Below are positions 1-10,569 of a DNA stretch of 50,142 nt, piece by piece. Position numbers and translations under genes: made by a program. The stretch is taken from positions 8,238,256 through 8,288,397 of the forward strand of contig NC_068991.1 of NCBI RefSeq assembly GCF_001194135.2, in the 5' to 3' direction. Source of the stretch: Octopus bimaculoides (Eukaryota). The notes below the pieces were generated by a model, which made no database searches, was not told the origin of the DNA, and saw only the letters and a list, made by a program, of their open reading frames with translations. Every line of letters starts with the position of its first letter. Position 1 is the stretch's first letter.

Positions 1-778
1 CCGACATGTCATGTAATGTTATGAATTGTATCTGCCCCTCTGGCGAATCTCCGACATGTCATGTAATGTTATGAGTTGGATCTGCGCCTCTGGCGAATCT
101 CCGACATGTCATGTAATGTTATGAGTTTGGTCTGCCCCTCTGGCGAATCTCCGACATGTCATGTAATGTTATGAATTGGATCTGCCCCTCTGGCGAATCT
201 CCATGTCATGTAATGTTATGAGTTGGGTCTACCCCTCTGGCGAATCTCCGACATGTCATGTAATGTTATGAATTGTATCTGCCCCTCTGGCGAATCTCCA
301 TGTCATGTAATGTTATGAATTTTATCTGCCCCTCTGGCGAATCTCCATGTCATGTAATGTTATGAGTTAGGTCTGCCCCTCTGGCGAATCTCCGACATGT
401 CATGTAATGTTATGAATTGGATCTGCCCCTCTGGCGAATCTCCGACATGTCATGTAATGTTATGAGTTGTGTCTGCCCCTCTGGCGAATCTCCATGTCAT
501 GTAATGTTATGAATTGGATCTGCCCCTCTGGCCAATCTCCGACTTGTCATGTAATGTTATGGATTGAGTCTGCCCCTCTGGCGAATCTCCGACATGTCAT
601 GTAATGTTATGAGTTGGATCTGCCCCTCTGGCGAATCCNNNNNNNNNNNNNNNNNNNNNNNNNNNNCAATCTCCGACTTGTCATGTAATGTTATGGATTG
701 AGTCTGCCCCTCTGGCGAATCTCCGACATGTCATGTAATGTTATGAGTTGGATCTGCCCCTCTGGCGAATCCCCGACA
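1..778. repeat. 50-bp tandem minisatellite, ~15 copies in the window, running off the left edge
   Basis: Unit CCGACATGTCATGTAATGTTATGARTTGNNTCTGCCCCTCTGGCGAATCT; 47-bp variants lack GAC. Confidence 0.97.
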
Positions 779-881
779 AGTGGTGGAGATTTGAGCTTGC
801 TAATTTACACTCTATTAAAACACATTTACTTTTCCCTACAAACTGAGTTTTTGGAAAATCTTTTTTCACACTTACTACCTC

Positions 882-1795
882 GGCATAACTACAGAGTTGT
901 ACCCCCCCAGACTTTGGAAGGTCATAACTTTCAGAAAAATGAATATTTTTTAATGAAATTTTCTATGTATATGGTATTTATTATGTAGATTCCGAATATA
1001 CAAAAATTTCCGGTGAAAGTATTTTGGAATGGGGGTGGGGGAAAATTTTCGGAAATTCCAACAGTGTCCACTTAAACTCTTCTTAACTTCCAGGAAAATG
1101 AATATTTTTTCGTGAAATTTTCTACAAATATACCTTGATGTATGTACATTTCGAGCATGTAGGAATTTTGAAGGAAACAACTGCAGGTTATTTTTGAGAA
1201 TTGCTCCCCACTCGGTGTCGTCCATATTTGTTTCATTTTTCTCTATTATGTGCGTATGTGCATCCGTAGATTTCTAATAAGCAGTAAAGAGAAGCCATCG
1301 TAAGAAAACTTATGTTAAAAATAACATGCACACGATTTTTTTTTCTCAATAGAAGTAAATTCCAAAGTAAACGTTTCTAGTAGAGAAGTAGAAGAGAACA
1401 GAAGCAGCGTATTACTTCATTACAAATCTACGGATGCACATACGCACATAATAGAGAAAAATGAAACAATTATGGACGACTTGCTCCGAAACACCACCGA
1501 GTGGGGAACACTTCTCAAAAATAACCTGCAGTTGTTTCCTTCAAAATTCCTACATGCTCGAAATGTACATACATCAAGGTATATTTGTAGAAAATTTCAC
1601 GAAAAAATATTCATTTTCCTGGAAGTTAAGAAGAATTTAAGTGGACTCTGTTGGAATTTCCGAAAATTGTACCCCCACCCCCATTCCAAAACACTTTCAC
1701 CGGAAATTTTTATAGAAAATTTCATTAAAAAATATTCATTTTTCTGAAAGTTATGACCTTCCAAAATCTGGGGGGTACAACTCTGTAGTTATGCC
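882..1795. mobile_element. Foldback MITE, ~914 bp, ~390-bp terminal inverted repeats, 8-bp TSD (MULE/Merlin-like, superfamily uncertain)
   Basis: Arms 882-~1275 and ~1422-1795 are reverse complements (GGCATAACTACAGAGTTG...CAACTCTGTAGTTATGCC); ACTACCTC at 874-881 and 1796-1803. Confidence 0.92.
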
Positions 1796-2039
1796 ACTAC
1801 CTCTACTATAAATGGAATTATTAAAGTATATATTATGCACTTTATTGTGTTTTGTTACGAACGTAGCTTCTCAGTTTGTGGTGCAAAAAACGTATGGAAC
1901 TGCTATTGTAAAGTATTGTATTTACTTGTGTATAAGTCACACTCTTGTATAAGTTGCTCCCTTAGTTTAGTGTTAAATCATGACATGAAATTGTTTTCTT
2001 TCATAGTATAAAATATTAAGACATATACATGAGTAATTA

Positions 2040-2345
2040 TGGTATGTGTGTGATAGGAAGAGCATCCAGCTGTAAGAATCATAAAAAAAGGGGAAGGAAT
2101 AAAGAGAGGTAGTAGAGGGTAGAAAAAACTCTTTAGTCATATAAAAGTGCCCATGTGGTGACATGTAAAAGCACCCAGCACACTCTGTAAAGGAAGGGCA
2201 TCCAGCCGTAGAAACCCTGCCAAATCAGACTGGAGTCTGGTGCAGCCACTCAACCACCTGCCAGCTCTGGTCGGTCACTCCATCCAAATCATGCTAGCAT
2301 GGACAACAGATGTTAAATGATGATGATGATGATGATGACGACGAA
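2040..2345 (+). mobile_element. RTE-LINE 3'UTR fragment ending in a (GAT)n tail
   Basis: AAGGGCATCCAGC...CATGCTAGCATGGA...(GAT)n, homologous to the tail that follows the RTE ORF end at 14630-15400. Confidence 0.75.
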
Positions 2346-2589
2346 AGAGATACAGCTTTCTCCATTGTTGGGTGTGACAGACAAAGAAAAACCACAACAA
2401 TTAGTCAAACACTATGAAACCTGTTCAACCCAGACCTGCATGGAAAGACAACAGAGCTAAAACGATGTAACACGATACTGTCTTATTTTTCTTCAACCCT
2501 AGGACTCAAAAGTCCAGTTACTCAATTCCCATGGTGTGCAAGTGACTGAGATCACAACAGACCTCTGCACAGAATGTTGGTCCATTGAA

Positions 2590-2790
2590 GAGGAAAATGG
2601 CGAGGGGTCAAGATGATTACATTGTGTGTAATCAACCCTGACTGATCTTTTATTTTATCGACTCCAAAGAGATGAAAAATGTAGTTGACCTTGGCAGGAT
2701 TTGAACTCAGAATGTAAAGAGCTGGAAGAAATACCTCTAAGCATTCTTTTCTGACATGCTAATGGCTCTGTCAGCTCGTTGCCTTGATAA
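2590..2790 (-). mobile_element. tRNA-SINE family B, degraded
   Basis: Reverse complement of the family-B head and body (GGATTTGAACTCAGAA = B box). Confidence 0.65.
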
Positions 2791-3217
2791 AACATGACTA
2801 GAAGATTAAATTCCACAACAGTACTTTTCTATTAATGTATTTAGGTAATTCTCTTTGTTATTGTTGTCTCTCAGGTTTTTCCTGGAAAATGAACACACAC
2901 TTACATCACCCTGTCCTCTCTAAAGAACTGCAGATAAGCAACCCATTTCACGGGTCTTCTCTATCTGAAAGTAATCAAACCAGCACGCCTTCTTAGCTGT
3001 GGCATGGGTTTTAAACTGATATTTTTGCAGATAAACATAAAACCAATAAAAAAGAAGTTCTACAAGTATCAAGTACAAAATGCCTATAACACTTTGCTGT
3101 CCATGGCTCATTACAAAATATCGTAGTGATCAGATTTTTTTTGGTTCATAAACTCCTTCATAAATTAACTTGCAAATAACTAAAAAATATAACACCCTGT
3201 TAGTTTCAGATCCTTAG

Positions 3218-3250
<33 letters not shown>

Positions 3251-3574
3251 ACATTGCACATTGATTAACTGCATAAAATGTTTTCCTACATCATGAACAT
3301 AGTTACTCTCCCCTCTCTAGCTCAAGCTTTTCAAGACTATGAAATCCATTATGTATCTGATGATTTGATTATGTTTTAGTTAACATCTTTTACTCTAAAA
3401 TATTGATATAAAATGTGAAAAGAGTTTCGTAACACACTTGCAAAGTAGAAGTGTATTTAGGAAAGCCAGTAAAAGTGTTAAAAGATTTACCATATTTACT
3501 TGTATTTAAGTCACATTATTTTATCATTGATTTTAACACACAAAAAAAGGCCTAGGGTGTCACCTATCATCATT

Positions 3575-4395
3575 TAACAGGAACTGGTAAGCCAGAGGGC
3601 TGCACCAGGCCCCAGTCAGGTTTTGGCTTCATTTCAATGGCTGGATGCCTTTCCTAACACCGTCCACTTCACAGAGTGTACTGGGTGCTATTTACATAGT
3701 GCTAGTTGTTGCTGGCACTCTGTCGCTTACGACGTTGAGGGTTCTAGTTGATCCGATCAACGGAACAGCCTGCTCGTGAAATTAACGTGCAAGTGGCTGA
3801 GCACTCCACAGACACGTGTACCCTCAACATAGTTCTCGGGGATATTCAGCATGACACAGTGTGACAAGGCTGGCCCTTTGAAATACAGGCACAACAGAAA
3901 CAGGAAGTAAGAGTGAGAGAAAGTTGTGGTGGAAGAGTACAGCAGGGTTCGCCACCATCCCCTGCCGGAGCCTCATGGAGCTTTTAGGTGTTTTCGCTCA
4001 ATAAACACTCACAATGCCCGGTCTGGGAATTGAAACCACGAGTCTGCTGCCTAACCACCAGGCCATTGCGCCTCCACTATAGTGCTAGTATGGGTGCTTT
4101 TTCATGCGGCGCCAGCACAGGTGCTCTTTATATGACACTGGCATGGGTGTCTTTTTTACATGGCACCAGTGCAGGTGCTCTTTCAAGAGGCACCGGCCTG
4201 GATACTTTGTTTACATGGCACCAACATGGGTGCTCTCCATGTGGCACTGACATGGGTACTTTTTTATGTAGTGCCTGCATAGGTGCTTTTTCTTTACATG
4301 AAGACTGGTGCAGGCTTCGGCCTGGCTAGCTCTTGTGGTACTGTCCCACCCATGCTAGCATGGAACACAGACATTAAATGATGACGATAACGATG
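3575..4395 (-). mobile_element. RTE-LINE 3' fragment interrupted by a SINE
   Basis: Reverse complement of AAGGCATCCAGCC and of the TGGCACC..AAAAGCAC repeats, resuming after 4089. Confidence 0.65.
3707..4078 (-). mobile_element. Full-length tRNA-derived SINE (family C) with 11-bp TSD
   Basis: Minus strand starts TGGAGGCGCAATGGCCTGGTGGTTAGG (A box) with a GGTTTCAATTCC B box; TSD ATAGTGCTAGT at 3696-3706 and 4079-4089. Confidence 0.88.
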
Positions 4396-5069
4396 AAGCC
4401 AAACACAAAATGAAAGGTATGACTTGCACAAATAGATAAAAAAAAAAAATCAAATGTGAATGATTATGAACAAATAAAAAAAAAACAACTTTCAAAGTTA
4501 GAAAATAGAATTTTTTTAGTACCGTTTGTTTCTGAACTTGCCTGGGCTGAAATCAAATATAAAACACTCCATGAAGATATTTTGAAAAAAACTTATGTTA
4601 TTTCATCATTGTACAAAAATTATTAAAATGAAATTAACAGGAAAAAAAAATCTTTAAATTTTATTTTACAAATCTAAAAATTACAATTTCTCTNNNNNNN
4701 NNNNNNNNNNNNNNNNNNNNNNNNNNNNNNNNNNNNNNNNNNNNNNNNNNNNNNNNNNNNNNNNNNNNNNNNNNNNNNNNNNNNNNNNNNNNNNNNNNNN
4801 NNNNNNNNNNNNNNNNNNNNNNNNNNNNNNNNNNNNNNNNNNNNNNNNNNNNNNNNNNNNNNNNNNNNNNNNNNNNNNNNNNNNNNNNNNNNNNNNNNNN
4901 NNNNNNNNNNNNNNNNNNNNNNNNNNNNNNNNNNNNNNNNNNNNNNNNNNNNNNNNNNNNNNNNNNNNNNNNNNNNNNNNNNNNNNNNNNNNNNNNNNNN
5001 NNNNNNNNNNNNNNNNNNNNNNNNNNNNNNNNNNNNNNNNNNNNNNNNNNNNNNNNNNNNNNNNNNNNN

Positions 5070-5112
<43 letters not shown>

Positions 5113-5342
5113 ATATGGGCTAGAAGCAGTTGATGTATAAACATTGAGCCACCAGTTTTTCATGTTCTCTTTTTCTTTTTCAGATTAATACACAACAACA
5201 AGTAGTTGCTGAATATTACTTAACAAAGTGGCTGACTGGATGACAGCAGTATGAGAGCAATCTGCCAGGAAGAAGATGATGAGTGGAGGAAAGAAATATG
5301 GTTTATCTGGATTTTTTCGAGTCTGTTGTAGGCTAAAACGCC

Positions 5343-5517
5343 TTTATTACATTTTTCAAGTTTCATTGTAGAACACACACATTTATACATTTGACTGGTG
5401 AAAGATGAATAATGAATAATGGATGTAATAAATCTTGAGAAGCAGCCAAATTAAAATATTGAAAAAAAAAAATCTTTTTGTACAACTAATGAAAAAAAAA
5501 TTTTTTTCGGGTTTATT
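5343..5517 (-). terminator. Candidate polyadenylation signals (AATAAA on minus strand at 5512-5517 and 5343-5348)
   Basis: Hexamers near the end of the SINE-free tract; in AT-rich DNA they can occur by chance. Confidence 0.25.
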
Positions 5518-6251
5518 ATATAGCAATGTTGACTCCCATGAGGCTTGTAAAGTCAAAATTATTGTTATATAATTAAAAAGTTAAAAGTTAATGCTAGTTT
5601 ATCCTGTACAATGCATATATTTAGAGATGAAAAAGTAATAGGTTAATCTAATCTTAAAAATTATACTATCCTCGACAAAACTAAACCAGTTCACAGAATC
5701 TATGATTAAATAGAAAATATTGCTACGTACTAGTTAAAAAAATGAAAACCTTGCAAACCAGTATAGAAGCAAAACCAAAATAGAAAGAAATGTTGATTCA
5801 GTCCTCTTTTTATATTGTCCTTATTTCTTTTTGTTGTCAATGTACTTAAGGATATCAAAATCATAATAAAAAACAGGTATGATTTTGAAAGCCTTAAATA
5901 CATAAACAAAAAAAGGGATATAAGAACAGCAGAATCATTTGTGGTGAAAGTTGATATTACTTAGAATATGAGAAGGAAACAAAATTCAACAAGCTCCAGT
6001 TAAAAATTCAAATAAAATGGTTAATCATTTTAAAGAATTCCGCTGCAATATTTACAAACACCTGCTGTGTGGAGCGCATTAAAAAGAGAAATGAAAAGAC
6101 ATAAAAACCTTAAACTGTAGTAATAAGATTAGCATTGAATAAAAAAAATATTAAAAGATTGAAATAAAAATATTTAGACAGTAAAAAGATAAAAGTACTA
6201 CAGTTAACAAAAATAAAACACACAAGATAGTAAACTTCAAAATATTACGAA

Positions 6252-6616
6252 TATACCTAGCGAAATAAGTTAAATCTAAATTATTATACCAATGCCGAAA
6301 ATAATTAACTTGCACTTATAGAATATCTATACCCTACGTATTAAAATTACCCTATCAAGACTCAATTGGTTTTAAAAATAAGAATATAGATAAGTTTATC
6401 TTAATGTTGTTTAGAAACATTGATGACTACAACTAAGCCATAATTATACCTAACGAAATGCCATAAATATTACTATCGAAATAATCTAAACTATTATATT
6501 AAGGACAAAACTTATACCTGTGTATTAAGAATACCTTATCAAGACTTCAACTGGTTTTAAAGAATATGTAAGAAGCTTATCTTGATGCTGTTTGTCTAGA
6601 AACATCGACAAGTACA
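6252..6616. repeat. Diverged two-copy tandem duplication, period ~190 bp
   Basis: TATACCTAGCGAAAT / TATACCTAACGAAAT; CCTATCAAGACTCAATTGGTTTTAA / CTTATCAAGACTTCAACTGGTTTTAA; TTTAGAAACATTGA / TCTAGAAACATCGA. Confidence 0.8.
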
Positions 6617-7264
6617 GGAAACAGAGGCATAGAATTACAGCCAGCTTGTCTTGTGGTGTTGTCTTTGAAACAACAAGACAATGATAAAAAGAAAAAAAAA
6701 AAAAANNNNNNNNNNAAAAAAAAAAAAAAAAAAAAGAACTGAAACTATTTGTTAAATGAGAGAAATAATTTGAAATTAGTTCTTCAAACGATCTGTACAA
6801 GATAACCAGTTGTAACTAAGACAGTAACTGCAAGTTAGTTACACAAAAAAATTCAGAATCTAAATTTCAATGACTATTTGCTATACATTATTTCCAAAAG
6901 AGAATAGGACTATGAATAATTAAGATAGATTAATAACCTTTTTTGTTTTTATATATAAACCTGAACTAGCAACAAAAATATATTTTGTCTAATTTGATGG
7001 AGCATGCAGAAACATGTAATTCAGTTGTGAAACATTAGATGAATCCAAACCAGAAGAAAGTAGACAGAGATATTAATGTAAGATGGGTTGATTGATTGAG
7101 CTGATCACAGGTAATTGTATGATAAAATAGCAGATGAAGAATAATAAGGAAGGAAAAGGAGAATCCAGAGGTATAAAAACGAATTAAAGAGAATGGATGA
7201 ATTTAAAAATAAAACTCATGACAATAGAAATACAAAAATTATATGTAAACTTAGTCTTTACACA

Positions 7265-7271
7265 AGAGAGT

Positions 7272-7333
<62 letters not shown>

Positions 7334-7339
7334 GAGAGA
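7265..7339. repeat. (AG)n microsatellite
   Basis: Direct inspection. Confidence 0.95.
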
Positions 7340-7944
7340 TTCATAAATAGGACCAATGAGGGAATGGACTTTCTAATATTTCAAACTGATGCTGTGCACC
7401 ATTTATCATGTAAACATCCTATCTAAATCTTTTGAGAAATATCACCATCAGTTATCAAATGAATGGGTTTCAAATCTGCCAACATCCAAAGGAAGAGTGG
7501 ACGTTTTTTTTTCTTCTTTTTGTTTGTTTTTGTTTTAGTTTTTCCATAACTTTCCCCAGACATTTCTGAAAAGACAAGCAGTGTATTAATGCGTGCGATT
7601 GAACGGTTGTCAATATCCAGTAATGACCTTACACTTTTAGAATCAGTGGAGTCATCGAATTTCATTGCCCTAAACACAGTACCCAAAGTTTGAAAGAGAA
7701 ACGATCTCTAACAAAACATTTGCATTCATCGACAGCAATGTAAGTAACCATTGCATGTGAAATAAAAGTGTATAATCGGTAGAATTTAGCATGGGCTAAC
7801 ACAGGCGACACACCCTCCCATAGATCAGGAGCTGTTATCATAGTTCATTATCTCCATGGTATTTTCAGCAGCAATAAGTAATTTCACAGACTGTGATCAT
7901 CCTCATAACATATTGCTATGGTTTATTTCTGTAGCAAAAGCTAC

Positions 7945-7980
<36 letters not shown>

Positions 7981-8203
7981 AAAAAAAAACAAAAACCTTG
8001 GAATACAACAAATTGCAACAGATTCTAAAAGGTAGGGCTGCAATGCTAACATCAGCAAGCAATAACAACACCCAGAAGATTGAACAGCAATCTGATCATG
8101 GTAAGTTACAATGGCAGAGCTGAGAATAAGCAGCTTCTTCAGGAATGACAAAAAATACAATCTCTTATAGAAGGGGGTGGGGGGAAACACAGCTGTTATT
8201 GTC

Positions 8204-9770
8204 TCAATAATCAGAAGTTGCAACAGGCGATGGAGGTGGTGGATAGGGATTGAAACTACGCTCTGTAGAAGGTGATGGAGGACAACTCATATCGTCAGAT
8301 AAATAATGACTCCGTGGAGAAGGTGGAGGCGGGTGTGGGGCAGAGTCATAACTAAGTTCAATTAGCGAGTGATTTAAATAGTACTTCTGACATGGGTAGG
8401 GTTCACTTTCTTCATACACATCTGTACTATAAGGGGTTGTTGGTGGTGGAGGAATGTGCCGGAACTTGTATGTCCGAAATGAACGAACCGTGGAAGGACT
8501 ATTGGAAGAGTAACAGAAATCTCCCGTGTATAATGAACGGTCTGTGACAGGGGTCGGTGGTGGATTTAGGGTTCCTTTCGGATATTGTGTTACAGTAGAG
8601 CTGCTAGATGAAGCCCCCGTCACGTGATTCCTGTCATAAAGAGGGGCAGGGCCGGAGCTCAGGGACAAACCAGTTCCAACAGATTTACCACGAGAAAACA
8701 TTGTGTGTGGGGGGGTGATATTTTTGGGGCATGGGTTTAAAGGTTTATTAACCATCATTATTTCATGATCATTGGCAGTATTAGGTGGTGACTTACGGCG
8801 ACAAGCGAACACAATAACTAATATAAGCAGTGAGACAAAGACCACCACAAAACCGACCGTGTATTGAGCAGTGTTAGTATCACGCATTGGCGCTGGCCTG
8901 GGGAACTGACAATCCCACTCATCAGAACCATCGGGACAGTCATCTCGCTTGTTGCAGCGTAACTCAGAATTAATGCAAGGACCGTCATTACAATACGTTT
9001 GACCACTGGGACAACATTTTTCTTCGTCGGAACCATCTTCGCAGTCTTTCTCACCATTGCAGACCAAAATCTTTTTTATCACGTCTCCATTAGCACAAGT
9101 AAAACGCATTGTCATGACAGGACAGTTGCTTTCATCCGATTCATCGACGCACTCGGCAATACCGTCGCAGTGCCATGCAGCAGGGATACATTTGATATCA
9201 CCTGTAACACATGTAAACTGTTCAGGAGAGCAAGTTGGTGGGTCGGAACAAGTCTGCTCGTCATTTGTAAGAGCCAAGGCGACCGGGCAAGAACAACGTG
9301 CAGTACCATCCCCTTTCGCTACACAAATATGAGAACATTTGCCAGTGTCAGGATAGCAGGGATGCTTTTGGAAGTCTTCTTCACTAATCATCTGAACAGC
9401 ATGGATATCGGTTAATCCCTGAATGCGACGACCTTGCATACGATATCTTACATGAGTATCAGCATGATTGATCCACTGAATAAGCTGTTGGTCTTTATCA
9501 ATCCAGTAAACATATTGTCCAAGAACAGCTAATCCATTTGGATGTTCAATTTCACTGTCGACGAGAATTTTCCGGTTTCCACCGGAGAGGTCAGAACACT
9601 CGATGCGGTTTAATTCCAAGTCGGACCAGTATAAACGCTGGGATTTGTAATCAATAGTCAGAGCAGTTGGGTGTTTCAAGTCATTTCCAAAAAGAACTGT
9701 TTTTTCTGTTCCATCCATAGCGGCCATTTCAATCTTCGGAGGTTTCACCATGTTGGTCCAATAAATATGA
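8204..9770 (-). CDS. LRP5/6: LRP5/6 terminal exon E16: rest of propeller 4, EGF4, three LDLa modules, TM (~8801-8860), cytoplasmic tail with S/T cluster and five PPP(S/T)P motifs, stop TGA
   Basis: Acceptor ttgcag|T CAT ATT TAT TGG; uninterrupted 1567-nt frame; motifs PPPTP, PPTTP, PPPSP, CPPSP, PPPSP. Confidence 0.97.
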
Positions 9771-9867
9771 CTGCAACGACAATAAAATAATTCAGTAAGA
9801 ACAAATGAAATGGAAACACGAACGGGACAGACACGTGAAACGACAACAGCAACAAAGCAATACGTAC

Positions 9868-10067
9868 CCCTGTTCTGGGTTCAGAACAAGTGACCGAGGC
9901 TTCTCTTCCGTATCGCTAACCACAGTACCGACGTCTGTCATATCGATGTGAGTAACATTGATTACATTATTCTGAGAACATGACCAATAAATATGATGAG
10001 AGAATGGATCAATAGCCAAATCGTGTGGGTGGAAGTAGTTTGATGGATTCGGTACCACTGTTGATAC
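9868..10067 (-). CDS. LRP5/6: LRP5/6 exon E15, propeller 4 (VSTVVPNPSNYFHPHDLAIDPFSHHIYWSC...LNPEQG)
   Basis: Acceptor cctttag|GTA (phase 0), donor GG|GTACGT; 200 nt. Confidence 0.93.
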
Positions 10068-10286
10068 CTAAAGGAAAATACAACAAATATTGTAATTAGA
10101 AACATTTCTTTTGACAAAGCACAGGTCTTATTTCGTTGAACAGTAGAAGGTATATATATTGTTTATCTTTTACTTGTTTCAGTCATTAGACTGGGACCAT
10201 GCTGGAGTACCACCTTGAAGAATTATTTTAAGCCCAGTAATTATTCTATCGTTCTCTTTTGCCAAACCGCTAAGTTACAAGAACGT

Positions 10287-10527
10287 AAACACACCAACAC
10301 CAGTTGTCAAGTGACGGTGGTGCTGACAGACACAAAGACACACACGCATGTATATTTGATAAATATATATGGTAGGCTTCTTTCAGTTTCTCTAATCCAC
10401 TAACAAGGTTTTGGTCAGCCCAAGGCTATTGTAGGAAACACTTGCCCAAGGTGCCATGCAGTGGGACTGAACTTGGAACCATATAGTTGGGAAGCAAACT
10501 TCTTACCACACAGCCATGCCTGCACCT
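10287..10527 (-). mobile_element. tRNA-SINE family A
   Basis: Reverse complement of TGGCTGTGTGGTAAGAAG...GGTTCCAAGTTCAGTCCCACTGCATGGCACCTTGGGCAAGTG. Confidence 0.88.
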
Positions 10528-10569
10528 ATATATATATATATATATATGGGGAGAATTAAAAAAAAAACA

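Larger units (their letters stand above)
5090..8203 (-). other. Probable long 3'UTR of LRP5/6
   Basis: Directly follows the stop codon; ~3 kb with no SINE/LINE copy, in contrast to the introns; U-rich on the sense strand. Confidence 0.5.

Noticed and set aside
531-772. Identical two-unit block on both sides of the 28-N gap (higher-order repeat?)
   Set aside because: Exact duplication across a scaffold gap is most simply an unmerged contig overlap.
1-778. Repeat array as a possible CRISPR
   Set aside because: Units are head-to-tail with only a ~7-nt variable window and no unique spacers; eukaryotic context; no cas genes.
950-1747. Two near-identical 91-aa ORFs on opposite strands
   Set aside because: They are the two arms of the foldback element read in mirror image; no known domain recognised.
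4674-5163. Long ORFs here and at 11537-12453, 38194-38582 and 49691-50133
   Set aside because: Artefacts of N runs and (TA)n/(CA)n microsatellites; the exon chain is complete without them.
7423-7686. 87-aa ORF downstream of the stop as an alternative C-terminal exon
   Set aside because: Starts at TTG, runs through a poly-A-derived Lys tract, has no convincing donor and no recognisable motif.
8165-8223. Stop-codon read-through or a sixth PPTP motif after the stop
   Set aside because: The context is TGA-GAC (not a leaky context), read-through adds only 13 aa, and the PPTP is in a different frame.
8204-10067. Higher CpG density in the 3' exons
   Set aside because: My rough count is ~4 per 100 nt, but E6 is as high and the other exons range ~1-3; not a clean signal without computation.
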